In this document: positions 19,337 to 27,627 of the stretch, piece by piece | Numbering within the stretch: position 1 is the stretch's first letter | How the letters are laid out: every line of letters starts with the position of its first letter | IMG/VR virus record: IMGVR_UViG_3300042564_003728 | Reading direction: 5' to 3' (one strand) | DNA length: 64,000 nt | From: a virus | Translations under genes and position numbers: made by a program | The notes under the pieces: generated by a model | Told to the model about the DNA's origin: nothing | Database searches by the model: none | Seen by the model: only the letters and a program-made list of their open reading frames with translations

Positions 19337-19499
19337 GTTCTTCCTCTTAGTCTCAATGACTTTGGCAAACAGAGACTACTTTACAGGCATCCCAGCCATA
19401 TAGTTTTCTGCCGCTATAAGAAGATACACAAGAGAATAACGAAGTATCTTCCATCCATTTCCCTCTTACTGGAAATGCAAAATCATTAGTGTTTTCGTC

Positions 19500-19970
19500 G
19501 GTGGCATCCGAATGATGCCGCTTTCTAGCCATCTAAGACTTGAAGTTTTGCAAGAGTCAATGGAGGATTCTAACCTCCGTCGTGATATTTTATTTATACT
19601 ACCACCAGCGGTTTTTCTGGTGACTCGTAGCACCAGAGATTCAACTGGTAGCAAGTGGCCCGTTCTGTTCCAAGGTGGAGCCATACCCGTGTAGATCATG
19701 CCGCTAGGCGGATATCTGCAAAGCTATCGTTATCGTTAGCATTTATGTTTAGTGGCACTTTGCCAGGCAATCAGTCTCGAACCGCCCTATTACACGAAAA
19801 TCGAATTCCAAGGTCACCCCCATCATCTACTATGCAAACACGCTTCGGCTTCCTGGCATGTTCGGGATACGATTATAACCGTATCCGGATTAATGCATAG
19901 TAGATGGTGGAGGTGCGGGGAGTCGAACCCCGGTCTTTCCGCCTTTATTGTTGATTGTCAACAACTGATA
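19500..19970 (-). ncRNA. ssrA: permuted (two-piece type) tmRNA gene. Acceptor piece is about 19970-19905, intervening hairpin 19904-19822, coding piece 19821 to about 19500.
   Basis: The minus strand reads ...GGCGGAAAGAC-CGGGG-UUCGACU-CCCCG-CACCUCC-A-CCA (T-arm plus acceptor 3' strand, G3:U70-compatible). An 83-nt spacer is closed by the 11-bp helix UCUACUAUGCA/UGCAUAGUAGA. Then comes GGGGGUGACCUUGGAAUUCGAUUUUCG (tmRNA 5' end, which pairs 7/7 with CACCUCC). The tag ORF GCU AAC GAU AAC GAU AGC UUU GCA GAU AUC CGC CUA GCG GCA UGA encodes ANDNDSFADIRLAA, 81 nt from the 5' G. The 3' boundary of the coding piece is uncertain. Confidence 0.6.
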
Positions 19971-19995
19971 TACTATATATACAATGTTTTTCTTT

Positions 19996-20010
19996 AATTG
20001 TACATGCTTA
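19996..20010 (-). promoter_or_regulatory. promoter-like motif upstream of tmRNA (TAAGCATGTACAATT, then a 17-nt spacer, then ATATAT)
   Basis: A member of the recurrent AAACATGTACAA motif family. The TGTACA hexamer, a 17-nt spacer and a TATATA -10-like element (19980-19974) precede the predicted tmRNA precursor start. Confidence 0.4.
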
Positions 20011-20445
20011 ATTGCACCAAGACTGTTTTGCATCTCCGAAATATGCTCGAGCAAAGCTGTTCTTAATAAGCAGATCGCGAAGGCTCATGCCGTCAAGCAG
20101 AATGTCACCGAGTACACGGCCACCAAACTTGTCCCAATCATATAGAACAACCTGATGTTTCTTCGTACCAGCAATTACATCTTTGACAAAAACAGAAGCT
20201 TGCTCTCCACGCTTCTTTTCGCTCTCGCACTTGGCACGAAAGCTTTTTTCTGGAGTATCAACACCAAAGATACGAACGCCGAGTTCAGGCTTGAGCGGAG
20301 CTGGTAAGTATGGTGCCTCGATGACAATCGTATCTCCATCAATTGCTCGAACGATCTTTGCATCATAGGTTACACCAACGGGTGTTTTCTGAGCAATTGC
20401 TGGAGTTGCTAGCATGACTAATGCTAGAGCGATAAAATTCTTCAT
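20008..20445 (-). CDS. secreted staphylococcal-nuclease (SNase/thermonuclease) family nuclease
   Basis: Signal peptide MKNFIALALVMLATPAIAQ; SNase Ca/active-site blocks RAIDGDTIVIE and RIFGVDTPE; 145 aa. Confidence 0.7.
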   Translation of the reverse strand: MKNFIALALVMLATPAIAQKTPVGVTYDAKIVRAIDGDTIVIEAPYLPAPLKPELGVRIFGVDTPEKSFRAKCESEKKRGEQASVFVKDVIAGTKKHQVVLYDWDKFGGRVLGDILLDGMSLRDLLIKNSFARAYFGDAKQSWCN

Positions 20446-20454
20446 ATATTTTCC

Positions 20455-20787
20455 TTAATTACAAGTGGTTTCCCAATAAACATACCGGCGACCGTAGCGC
20501 CACTCGGTAATCTGTTCACGAACGCAGTAGCGTCTATCATATCGATAATCTGGTGGATAATAACGAGTGTCATTATAATCTTGATTTCTATCTTCTTCTG
20601 GTGCTCGTTCTTTTGAAGCAAGCACACCTACAACGACACCGCCGATAATGGCACTACATAGCCAACCACATCCGCTTTTACGTTTTTGTTTGTGTTCGCG
20701 ATGTTCTGTACGATCATAATTTCTTGCAAGAACTGGAGTAGAAATCAGCATACTGCTGACAATTGCGAATGTAATAAGCTTCTTCAT
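20455..20787 (-). CDS. small secreted Tyr/Arg/Cys-rich protein
   Basis: Signal peptide MKKLITFAIVSSMLISTPVLA from an internal Met; the tail is YYPPDYRYDRRYCVREQITEWRYGRRYVYWETTCN. Confidence 0.3.
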   Translation of the reverse strand: MKKLITFAIVSSMLISTPVLARNYDRTEHREHKQKRKSGCGWLCSAIIGGVVVGVLASKERAPEEDRNQDYNDTRYYPPDYRYDRRYCVREQITEWRYGRRYVYWETTCN

Positions 20788-20788
20788 A

Positions 20789-21028
20789 TTAGAACCTTTC
20801 ATCGATATCGGCAAACATCACTCGTTTTCTTGGATCTCCATCAGTGATACATCGAGTCAGTGTAAGCGCTTCTTTGTAATTCTTTGTATGGAACATGACA
20901 GGAAAGATGATCTCATCATCCTCCATTTCGAATGCCATTCCAACAAAGTAAGTACCGTTTTCTACCATAAACGTATTTATAATTGGGAGAACCGAAGCTC
21001 TCCCAACCATATTAGGCAGCATCTGCAA
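20789..21028 (-). CDS. hypothetical protein
   Basis: 79-aa ORF in a tight array with its neighbours. Confidence 0.25.
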   Translation of the reverse strand: MQMLPNMVGRASVLPIINTFMVENGTYFVGMAFEMEDDEIIFPVMFHTKNYKEALTLTRCITDGDPRKRVMFADIDERF

Positions 21029-21959
21029 ACTCCACCGCAGTTTCCAATGCCTTCGTCTTGAGGTTCTTATTCGAACCGTACCAGGCAGAAGTCATGCGAT
21101 TATCTGCATTGCGACCAATCATGTGATCAGTCATGAAGGTAACCGCGTTGAAAGCCTGCCACCAGCTACCTTCGCCATATTCGGCGCCAGGCTGTTGATC
21201 CATGATTTCGAGAGCGATACCAGCATTCTTGCTGAGATCTTTCTTCGAACCGGTGACAGGGAATACACGCTGGAAATACTCGACGATGTTCTCGTCAGTG
21301 TAACGCTTCGAACCAAGATAAGCAGCCATTTCCTTGTACTTCGCAAGCTTTTCCTTGGCAACACCGAGTGTTTCCTTGACAACGTCACCGTCAAACTCGC
21401 GGCGATGGCTGACCTTGACAATCTTGCTCGACTGGCTGTTCAGCGAGAGCGTGAGAGTGTTGTTGCAAACGACGCGAACAGGAGTGAAGCGAACGTCGAT
21501 CGACCAACCATACTTATGCGGATTGGTGAAGAGCAGGTAGGAATCGACCTGATCGCCCTTGAACAATTCGAAGGAATCCTTCACCTTTGCCAAGGCCCAA
21601 ACAAGCTGGCCATCGCGAAGCGAACCAGCTGTGTGCATTTCCATCTCACCAGCTGCAACGAAATCATTGAAGAATTCGAAGGCCGATTCGTTCTGATTAG
21701 GAACCCAATCGTTGGTGATGACGTCGAGGATCTTATTGTCAACGTCACGAACCAGAGCGGAGTGGCCGATGTCGGTTTGTTTGCCACCGATATTGGCAAA
21801 AGCAGTAATTGGATTGACCTTCCAGTCAAGACCAGCGGCCTTCAGCATCTGATTCGGTGTAAGGTCGTTCGAGACCTTCGTACCGAGACCATGCCAAGGT
21901 GTTTCGCCGGCATAAGCCATCGAAGCCTTGCCGTCGAGAAATTCAATCATATGAGCCAT
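21012..21959 (-). CDS. DUF932-like phage/plasmid protein
   Basis: The N-terminus MAHMIEFLDGKASMAYAGETPWHGLG is characteristic of the DUF932 family. The recurrent promoter-like motif sits just upstream (22003-22020). The start is more likely the internal Met at 21959 than 22001. Confidence 0.4.
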   Translation of the reverse strand: MAHMIEFLDGKASMAYAGETPWHGLGTKVSNDLTPNQMLKAAGLDWKVNPITAFANIGGKQTDIGHSALVRDVDNKILDVITNDWVPNQNESAFEFFNDFVAAGEMEMHTAGSLRDGQLVWALAKVKDSFELFKGDQVDSYLLFTNPHKYGWSIDVRFTPVRVVCNNTLTLSLNSQSSKIVKVSHRREFDGDVVKETLGVAKEKLAKYKEMAAYLGSKRYTDENIVEYFQRVFPVTGSKKDLSKNAGIALEIMDQQPGAEYGEGSWWQAFNAVTFMTDHMIGRNADNRMTSAWYGSNKNLKTKALETAVEFADAA

Positions 21960-22002
21960 AATATAGTTTCCTTTTTCAATTTGGTATAACCATTCTACCA
22001 TA

Positions 22003-22020
22003 GAATGGCCTATTTGTACA
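22003..22020 (-). promoter_or_regulatory. promoter-like motif copy (AAATTAAACATGTACAAA on minus strand)
   Basis: Member of the recurrent motif family, about 40 nt upstream of the DUF932 gene start. Confidence 0.3.
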
Positions 22021-22028
22021 TGTTTAAT

Positions 22029-22172
22029 TTACGCTGGCGTGATAATCCAGAGGCCAGCAAATACGATAGGGGCAAAGATAAGAAATGAGAGGCTAGCGAG
22101 CATCTCGTTGCGAAACTCTGCAGGAGTCATAGTAGCCTTCATATCGCGAATAACTTGAGTGATCGTGTTCAT
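22029..22172 (-). CDS. small hydrophobic protein (47 aa), missed by the ORF track
   Basis: ATG 17 nt downstream of the TATAAT of cassette copy A with RBS AAGGAAG; MNTITQVIRDMKATMTPAEFRNEMLASLSFLIFAPIVFAGLWIITPA. Confidence 0.35.
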   Translation of the reverse strand: MNTITQVIRDMKATMTPAEFRNEMLASLSFLIFAPIVFAGLWIITPA

Positions 22173-22187
22173 GTTTGCTTCCTTCTT

Positions 22188-22240
22188 TATTATAGGTCCA
22201 CCTTACCAAAGTTTTGATAAAATGTACATGTTTATTTTTC
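22188..22240 (-). repeat. early promoter/RBS cassette copy A (PeSL-like)
   Basis: The minus strand reads AAATAAACATGTACATTTTATCAAAACTTTGGTAAGGTGGACCTATAAT-AAAGAAGGAAGCAAAC-ATG. It is near-identical to the copies at 22878 and 59421. Confidence 0.6.
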
Positions 22241-22398
22241 GATAAAATCAGAAACCATCTGAAAAAAGTCATCGGGCTTTTCGTCCTCGAGGACCATAAG
22301 ATAGTCACGAACATCTTCTGTGATGCCATGCTTGGCGAAATATGCGGCGATGGCTCGCTGAACGGTATCCATGCCGAAGTAGCCTATGACAGGACTAC

Positions 22399-22605
22399 TC
22401 ATACATCATCCTCCATTTGTTGAACCATGATTGCAATGATTTTTTCGAAGTCATCATCAGGATGCAACATATAATCTGCAGAGATATCACTGTACATCTC
22501 AGTGCAGGTGTTCATGGTTTCAACACCATGAGTTCCGCTGAGGGCTTCATAGATGAAATCGAAAGGATCATCTTGAGCGAGGATGTATTCATATAGCTTA
22601 GTCAT
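22399..22605 (-). CDS. hypothetical small protein
   Basis: Start taken at MTKLYEY, preceded by AAGGAAACA; a promoter-like motif lies about 50 nt upstream (22654-22670). Confidence 0.3.
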   Translation of the reverse strand: MTKLYEYILAQDDPFDFIYEALSGTHGVETMNTCTEMYSDISADYMLHPDDDFEKIIAIMVQQMEDDV

Positions 22606-22653
22606 TTTTGTTTCCTTCTTTATCATATATCCAGGATACCTTGTTTTCGAAAT

Positions 22654-22670
22654 ATTGTACATGTTTATTT
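22654..22670 (-). promoter_or_regulatory. promoter-like motif copy
   Basis: Minus strand AAATAAACATGTACAATATTTCGAAAAC. Confidence 0.3.
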
Positions 22671-22676
22671 CGAAAA

Positions 22677-22862
22677 TTAGAGGTGATTTTCGGTTTTGAA
22701 TTTATTGGCGGAATCGATGTCGACGAAAGTGATACAAATGGTTGGATTTCCGTTACGGGTAACGGTGGTGTATTGAATGTCGGTGATAGTGGTATAATAC
22801 GAAGCGAGAGTTTCGAAGATGTTGTGGTTGTAGTCGAAGTCGAAGGTAATGGTGTTAGTCAT
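22677..22862 (-). CDS. hypothetical small protein
   Basis: 61 aa; ATG positioned exactly as in the other cassette-driven genes (TATAAT, then 16 nt, then ATG; RBS AGAGGAA). Confidence 0.35.
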   Translation of the reverse strand: MTNTITFDFDYNHNIFETLASYYTTITDIQYTTVTRNGNPTICITFVDIDSANKFKTENHL

Positions 22863-22877
22863 GATTTTTTCCTCTTT

Positions 22878-22926
22878 GATTATAGGTCCACCTTACCAAA
22901 GTTTTGATAAAATGTACATGTTTATT
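22878..22926 (-). repeat. early promoter/RBS cassette copy B (PeSL-like)
   Basis: tgattataggtccaccttaccaaagttttgataaaatgtacatgtttatt is shared with copies A and C; a hairpin terminator follows immediately at the higher coordinate. Confidence 0.6.
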
Positions 22927-22934
22927 GTCAAAAA

Positions 22935-22958
22935 AAATGCGACCGAAGCCGCATTTTC
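22935..22958. terminator. hairpin terminator aaaatgcg-ACCGAAGC-cgcatttt
   Basis: Same ACCGAAGC loop as the 16940 terminator; flanked by A8 on one side and T4 on the other; lies between the exonuclease gene end and cassette B. Confidence 0.5.
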
Positions 22959-23648
22959 TTATCCGTACATTTGATGGTAAGATCGAACCAGATCGGTCGC
23001 TTTCTCAAGGTAGTTTTGAGGACGTTCCCTAAACACTTGTGCCTCGAGAGAATCATCGACACCAATGATGATAACGATATCCTTCACTAAGATGCCTGTC
23101 ATTTCCCATAGCATGTATGCATAGAGACTGGTCTGTAGGAAGTATCCTTCGATCCAGTCCTTTCGCTTCAGCTTCGCAGAAGTCTTATAGTCAATGATCG
23201 ACAGACGGCCGTCGTAGTCTGCTATGAGGTCGCATGAACCTGCTAGTTTCAGATGATCGGAGAAGAGCGTACATTCTGTGGCTCTGATCATGTCAACCTT
23301 GTCGTCAAGGATCATCTTGATCTGACGAAACATCATCATGTTATGAGGCATCGACGTATCGATGTCATGGCCTAACACATAGTTTTCACACATCGTATGG
23401 ATGTTAGTTCCACGAGTGGCAGCCCGAGATGAAACTCGAGCTGCTTCGTCCTCGCCTACTCTTTTCTTCCAAGCTTCAAGGGCAGATTTATCAGTCATCT
23501 TACCGAGGACGGCGGTGACAGACGGATATCTCTTTCCTTCTGGTGTCTCATAGAGACGTGTTGGACCATCTATCCTTTGCAGCTCCGCAAAGTCTAGCAG
23601 ATCGTATTCGAAACCTTTACGGTTGAAGTCCGAGTTTTTGACGAGCAA
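22959..23648 (-). CDS. PD-(D/E)xK family exonuclease (Cas4/RecB-like)
   Basis: 229 aa; YPSVTAVLG...W N-terminal motif and D-x(n)-IIDYKTS core typical of PDDEXK exonucleases. Confidence 0.45.
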   Translation of the reverse strand: MLVKNSDFNRKGFEYDLLDFAELQRIDGPTRLYETPEGKRYPSVTAVLGKMTDKSALEAWKKRVGEDEAARVSSRAATRGTNIHTMCENYVLGHDIDTSMPHNMMMFRQIKMILDDKVDMIRATECTLFSDHLKLAGSCDLIADYDGRLSIIDYKTSAKLKRKDWIEGYFLQTSLYAYMLWEMTGILVKDIVIIIGVDDSLEAQVFRERPQNYLEKATDLVRSYHQMYG

Positions 23649-24369
23649 TTATATATTCCTTCACTAATTTCGATCGAACGATATCCTGTTCGAGAAAGTC
23701 AACATGTACAAAATCATTCAACTTACCGAGGACCTTCATAAAGTCCTTGAGTCCGTTGCGTTCTTGGTCCTTCGTAAGATCTGACTGACGGAAGTCACCG
23801 CAGAACAATACTTTACAACCCTTACCAATACGAGTGATCACCGAGTCCAGTTCGTGGAACGTCATGTTATTGACTTCGTCCACAATGACAAAACAGTTGT
23901 TCATGGTAATACCACGAACGAACGACGTTGAGATAAACTCGATGGCGTTCTTCTGCTTGAGGATCTCGTATGCATCAGACCGATCAAACAATTCGGTGCA
24001 GATTGCATAGTAAGGTGCCTCATAGACCTTCATCTTTTCCTTCTGGTTTCCAGGAAGAAAACCCATATCTCGTGTTGGTACTACCGATCTTACAATATAA
24101 ATCTTATTTTGTACACCGGTATTTTCCATCATCGATTCAATGGCCTTATACAGAGCAATAAACGTTTTACCTGTACCAGCCATGCCGTGCAACATCAAAT
24201 GTTTTCCATCATCAAAAGCATCAAACGCAATGCGCTGGTTTTCTGTGAGTGGATTAATATTTTTTAAATTGAAATTTTGAGTTTTAAATGTCAACCCTTC
24301 TTGTGTGTCACCATTTTGTCTGGCGATTCTTTTTTCTCTCTTAGTTAAACGAGGTTGGCTATGTTGCAC
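23617..24369 (-). CDS. phoH: PhoH-like ATPase
   Basis: Walker A GMAGTGKTF; IVDEVNN Walker B; the full PhoH family pattern is present. Confidence 0.8.
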   Translation of the reverse strand: MQHSQPRLTKREKRIARQNGDTQEGLTFKTQNFNLKNINPLTENQRIAFDAFDDGKHLMLHGMAGTGKTFIALYKAIESMMENTGVQNKIYIVRSVVPTRDMGFLPGNQKEKMKVYEAPYYAICTELFDRSDAYEILKQKNAIEFISTSFVRGITMNNCFVIVDEVNNMTFHELDSVITRIGKGCKVLFCGDFRQSDLTKDQERNGLKDFMKVLGKLNDFVHVDFLEQDIVRSKLVKEYIIARQKLGLQP

Positions 24370-24378
24370 AAGTTGTCC

Positions 24379-24678
24379 TTATTTTTTATTACGAGCCTTA
24401 TTTACTGCCTCTCTGGTTTTGGTGCTTTTAATACCTTTATCAGCGTGTTGTTCACCGAGTGGCGAGTATGGGTTGGCATTACCGATTCTATTGAGTAGGT
24501 CGTTAAAGCCCGAGTCATTTTTGTGAGTTACGCCTGCTATTCCTGATACAAAATTAGGAGCGCCTATAATTTCTTCGATGTCTGGATTGGCCTCGAGAAA
24601 ATCAATTTTCTGTTGATAGTTAAAGAATTCCTCGAAAACTTCTCCGGTTTCTTTGAGTCTAAATTCGTATATAGGCAT
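24379..24678 (-). CDS. hypothetical protein
   Basis: 99 aa; MPIYEFRLKETGEV N-terminus, lacking the zinc-ribbon cysteines. Confidence 0.3.
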   Translation of the reverse strand: MPIYEFRLKETGEVFEEFFNYQQKIDFLEANPDIEEIIGAPNFVSGIAGVTHKNDSGFNDLLNRIGNANPYSPLGEQHADKGIKSTKTREAVNKARNKK

Positions 24679-24828
24679 TAATAATCTTCATCTTCTATCA
24701 GATCTAAAAGGGTGCTTTTTGCTTTAGAACGAAGGGCAGATCGAAGCCGCTTCTCACTCAAATGCTGACGATGATCATGTGATGTATTTTTCGAGTCGTC
24801 ATATTCTTCATTATATTTTCTAAAACGC

Positions 24829-25257
24829 TTAACCGTGTTGCTCATTTGGAATTAACCCTGGAAAAGCTTCGTTAATTGTTGCTGCGTTGAGTCCTTCGAC
24901 TTTCTTATCCTTGACTGCAATCAAAAGATTTGCATCCTTCGGATGAAGAGATTCGAGAAGACCGATGAAAAGCATTTCGCGCTGAACTTGTTTAATGTCA
25001 GGACGATTGCCGCTGAGGTAAAGAGGAAGTGTACGTGCCTCTTGATAGAGTCTTCCTTCGCTGTCGAGCACTTCGCTCGGCTTATAAGGAGGAGCTCCTT
25101 CTGGTAGCCACCATCCTACGTTAGGATGGAATGCCAATTCAAGGATATACCGAAGTGTTTCATTATCATACTGTCGTAAGACAGAAACCTTTGATGGTAC
25201 ATCTTTTGCTTCCTTGACCAAATCAAGGATCTCTGCTATCGCTAATGTTCTTTGCAT
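24829..25257 (-). CDS. hypothetical protein
   Basis: 142-aa ORF; no motif recognised. Confidence 0.3.
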   Translation of the reverse strand: MQRTLAIAEILDLVKEAKDVPSKVSVLRQYDNETLRYILELAFHPNVGWWLPEGAPPYKPSEVLDSEGRLYQEARTLPLYLSGNRPDIKQVQREMLFIGLLESLHPKDANLLIAVKDKKVEGLNAATINEAFPGLIPNEQHG

Positions 25258-25258
25258 A

Positions 25259-26110
25259 TTAAAACTCGTTAATGCTTTCTAATAGGAGTTTGAGACGACG
25301 TTCGATAAAGTAGTTGAAGAGTTTATCTCTTCCTTTACCAGCTTGCTGCTCGTACTGCACGAGCACTTCCTTCTTAATATCAGGAGGAATGAAGTTGAGA
25401 TCAACGAGCTGCTGATTGCGAAGGTAACCGCGCAGCATCTTCTCGTCACAGAATTCCTTTGGATCTGATACGAGCCACTGATCTAATTTTTTCTGACTAA
25501 TAGGTTTCTGTCTGGCACCGACAACGAACGTGTCATCTGCTGACAAGAAGTTAGGAACACCGTCGCCAGTATCACCGCGAATGATATGTTCTTTGATGAA
25601 CTTATCGACGTCGTTCGTCTTACGCCACTTCTTCTGTACAGGATCAAACTGCTGTACGTTCATGTAAGCTTGAAGCTGCACAAAGTCCTTGTCACCAGAA
25701 AGAATCAAGATCTTCTCGTTGGTATTGCCATAGGTTTGTGCAAGAGTGCCGATGATATCATCAGCTTCGGCGCCATCGACACGAATGACTCGATAAGGAA
25801 AGTAATCCTTGAGTTCATCGCGGACTTTATTGAGAGTCTCGAATACGGCAGTCCAGTTGATCTCGGACTTCTCACGATTCTTACGACGATTGGCTTTGTA
25901 ATAGGGAAATACTTGACGGCGCCAGTTATTACCAGCATCGCATGCGATAATCATCTCGCCGAACTCGTTCTTAAACTTGACATTATAAGCTCGAACAGAG
26001 TTTAGCACCATGTGTCGCAAAAGATCTTCTTCGATATCTGCATTCGTGTGGTTTCCAAGTTGTATCATTAGATTGGAAATCATAACCTGCGAAAGGTCCA
26101 TAATAATCAT
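25259..26110 (-). CDS. rnh: RNase H (FEN-family 5'-3' exonuclease)
   Basis: Collinear with T4 RNase H: LRHMVLNSV / VRHLILNSI; WRRQVFPYYKANRRKNRE / WRRDFAYYYKKNRGKARE; IRVDGAEADDIIGTL / MDIDKYEADDHIAVL; identical C-terminus SINEF. Confidence 0.85.
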   Translation of the reverse strand: MIIMDLSQVMISNLMIQLGNHTNADIEEDLLRHMVLNSVRAYNVKFKNEFGEMIIACDAGNNWRRQVFPYYKANRRKNREKSEINWTAVFETLNKVRDELKDYFPYRVIRVDGAEADDIIGTLAQTYGNTNEKILILSGDKDFVQLQAYMNVQQFDPVQKKWRKTNDVDKFIKEHIIRGDTGDGVPNFLSADDTFVVGARQKPISQKKLDQWLVSDPKEFCDEKMLRGYLRNQQLVDLNFIPPDIKKEVLVQYEQQAGKGRDKLFNYFIERRLKLLLESINEF

Positions 26111-26119
26111 TTCAATTTC

Positions 26120-26470
26120 TCACTCTTCATCTGGTAAAGTATACGTATATTCAATTGTACTGTCTTCATTATATCTAAATTCAAATATGTTGTCAGACAT
26201 ATTATGAAATGGATGCTCGAGATTATACTGTCTGTGCAACAATGCCTTGATGCCTTCCATGACTAAGGCTACATCTTTGATGTATTTATCGTCATTGATA
26301 TCTACGCCATAAGCTCCGAACATATTAATTATGTCAGGAATCATGTCATTCATGACTCCAGCCACGTGTTCTTTACGAGTCTGAGTAACCTTATCATGAA
26401 TTTCGTCTAAGTTCTGAGGCGGCGCCTCGTCGCGCTTGACACCTGGAAATAAGATTACGTTGTCCGTCAT
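26120..26470 (-). CDS. hypothetical protein
   Basis: 116 aa, acidic. Confidence 0.3.
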   Translation of the reverse strand: MTDNVILFPGVKRDEAPPQNLDEIHDKVTQTRKEHVAGVMNDMIPDIINMFGAYGVDINDDKYIKDVALVMEGIKALLHRQYNLEHPFHNMSDNIFEFRYNEDSTIEYTYTLPDEE

Positions 26471-27555
26471 TTAATAACCCTTAGTAGAATGGTGTCTTGA
26501 TTGATTCGGCCATTCGGCTTCGACTCTACGGTCTTGATCTCGTCCATAAACTTGCGTAGGCTGACTTTGCCTGCACCGAGCAATGCTTGAATAGAAACAT
26601 CTGGCTTTCGCAAGCTCTTGCTTGTAGAAGTTTCGACATCATAACCGATCAAGGTAGTGCCCTTCACTTGGATTCCAGCTGGACCACTCGAATCATATCG
26701 AGCCAACTTCTTGTATTTGGTGTTGTAAGCCCATAGCTGTGTACATCCTACGATCTCTGCTGGATGGACAGAGACAATCTTGAGTGAAGGCTCTTCCTTC
26801 TGGTATTTAAGGTTCTTGACCAGATCGACTGCAGACTTTGCTTTCTTCTCACGTGGCTTACGAACCTTGACAGCCTTCTTGTTATTTACATAACGATCGA
26901 TGTCATCGAAGAAACTCTGCCAAAAGTTAATCCAAAACTTCAGACGCTTGCCGAAGGCTTCTTGAACTTGCTCGTCATTCGACATAATCTCTGTATATTG
27001 AGGACGGTAGTAGTCAGCTACGATGCCGAGAATCTGTGCGTTCAATTCGTTCGCTTGACAAAAAGTGTACATCGAGAACTCTTTGCCATCGATGACATTA
27101 TCGAGTTCTTCTTCGAGACTCGTAATGATGTAGTTGGCCTTCTCACGAATGCGAGCTTGAATATCGACGACAGGCTTTGGCGCATCTTCGACTTCTTCGA
27201 CAATCTGAGTGGCTGCCGCAAGCAGATTCTTTACACTATCATTGAAATAGTCGAGATTCTTTTGCGGCAGCTCATTGCCATTCAGGAGAATACGTGCAAC
27301 GTTACCAAGAGTTTTGGAAATCTTCCACTTTGGAAGCTTGCGTAGGAGTGCGAGTTGGTCCTTGGTATAATTCTTCTTGGCATATGTGAAGAACCAGTCG
27401 CGTGACTGATCATCAGATGCCATGTAGTTATACCAATTCAGAGCATTGCTATAGCCATCGATTACGATGGGTTCTGAGCCATAGGCTTTGTCATCGATCG
27501 ACCGAATAGCCGCACGAGAGATCTGTTTGGGTTTAGCTTTAACCTTAATGACCAT
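26467..27555 (-). CDS. hypothetical protein (362 aa)
   Basis: Long ORF with a promoter-like motif 55 nt upstream; no motif recognised. Confidence 0.3.
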   Translation of the reverse strand: MVIKVKAKPKQISRAAIRSIDDKAYGSEPIVIDGYSNALNWYNYMASDDQSRDWFFTYAKKNYTKDQLALLRKLPKWKISKTLGNVARILLNGNELPQKNLDYFNDSVKNLLAAATQIVEEVEDAPKPVVDIQARIREKANYIITSLEEELDNVIDGKEFSMYTFCQANELNAQILGIVADYYRPQYTEIMSNDEQVQEAFGKRLKFWINFWQSFFDDIDRYVNNKKAVKVRKPREKKAKSAVDLVKNLKYQKEEPSLKIVSVHPAEIVGCTQLWAYNTKYKKLARYDSSGPAGIQVKGTTLIGYDVETSTSKSLRKPDVSIQALLGAGKVSLRKFMDEIKTVESKPNGRINQDTILLRVIK

Positions 27556-27609
27556 GTTTACCTCTGTAGTTCCTTGTTTGTATTATTCAATCTACTACAG
27601 TTTTGATAA

Positions 27610-27627
27610 TTTGTACATGTTTATTTT
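27610..27627 (-). promoter_or_regulatory. promoter-like motif copy
   Basis: Minus strand AAAATAAACATGTACAAATTATCAAAACTGTAG. Confidence 0.3.

Noticed and set aside
19561-19577. tRNA-Arg(TCT)-like anticodon hairpin GGAGG-ATTCTAA-CCTCC on the plus strand
   Set aside because: No flanking acceptor, D- or T-arms in either direction. It lies inside the pseudoknot region of the tmRNA coding piece (as its reverse complement).
19905-19945. Stand-alone tRNA gene or tRNA 3' fragment (possible attP remnant) suggested by GGTTCGACTCCCCGCACCTCCACCA on the minus strand
   Set aside because: No complementary 5' acceptor strand or D-arm lies upstream. The complementary GGGGGTG lies downstream across a closed hairpin, together with a tmRNA 5' consensus and a tag ORF, so it is better explained as the acceptor piece of a permuted tmRNA.
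21123-21989. 288-aa plus-strand ORF, and similar long plus-strand ORFs (44308-44799, 45987-46454, 40816-41130, 41413-41844, 50199-50732, 51048-51455)
   Set aside because: Each lies antisense to a minus-strand gene with clear homology or a coupled operon context. They are typical shadow ORFs from codon bias.
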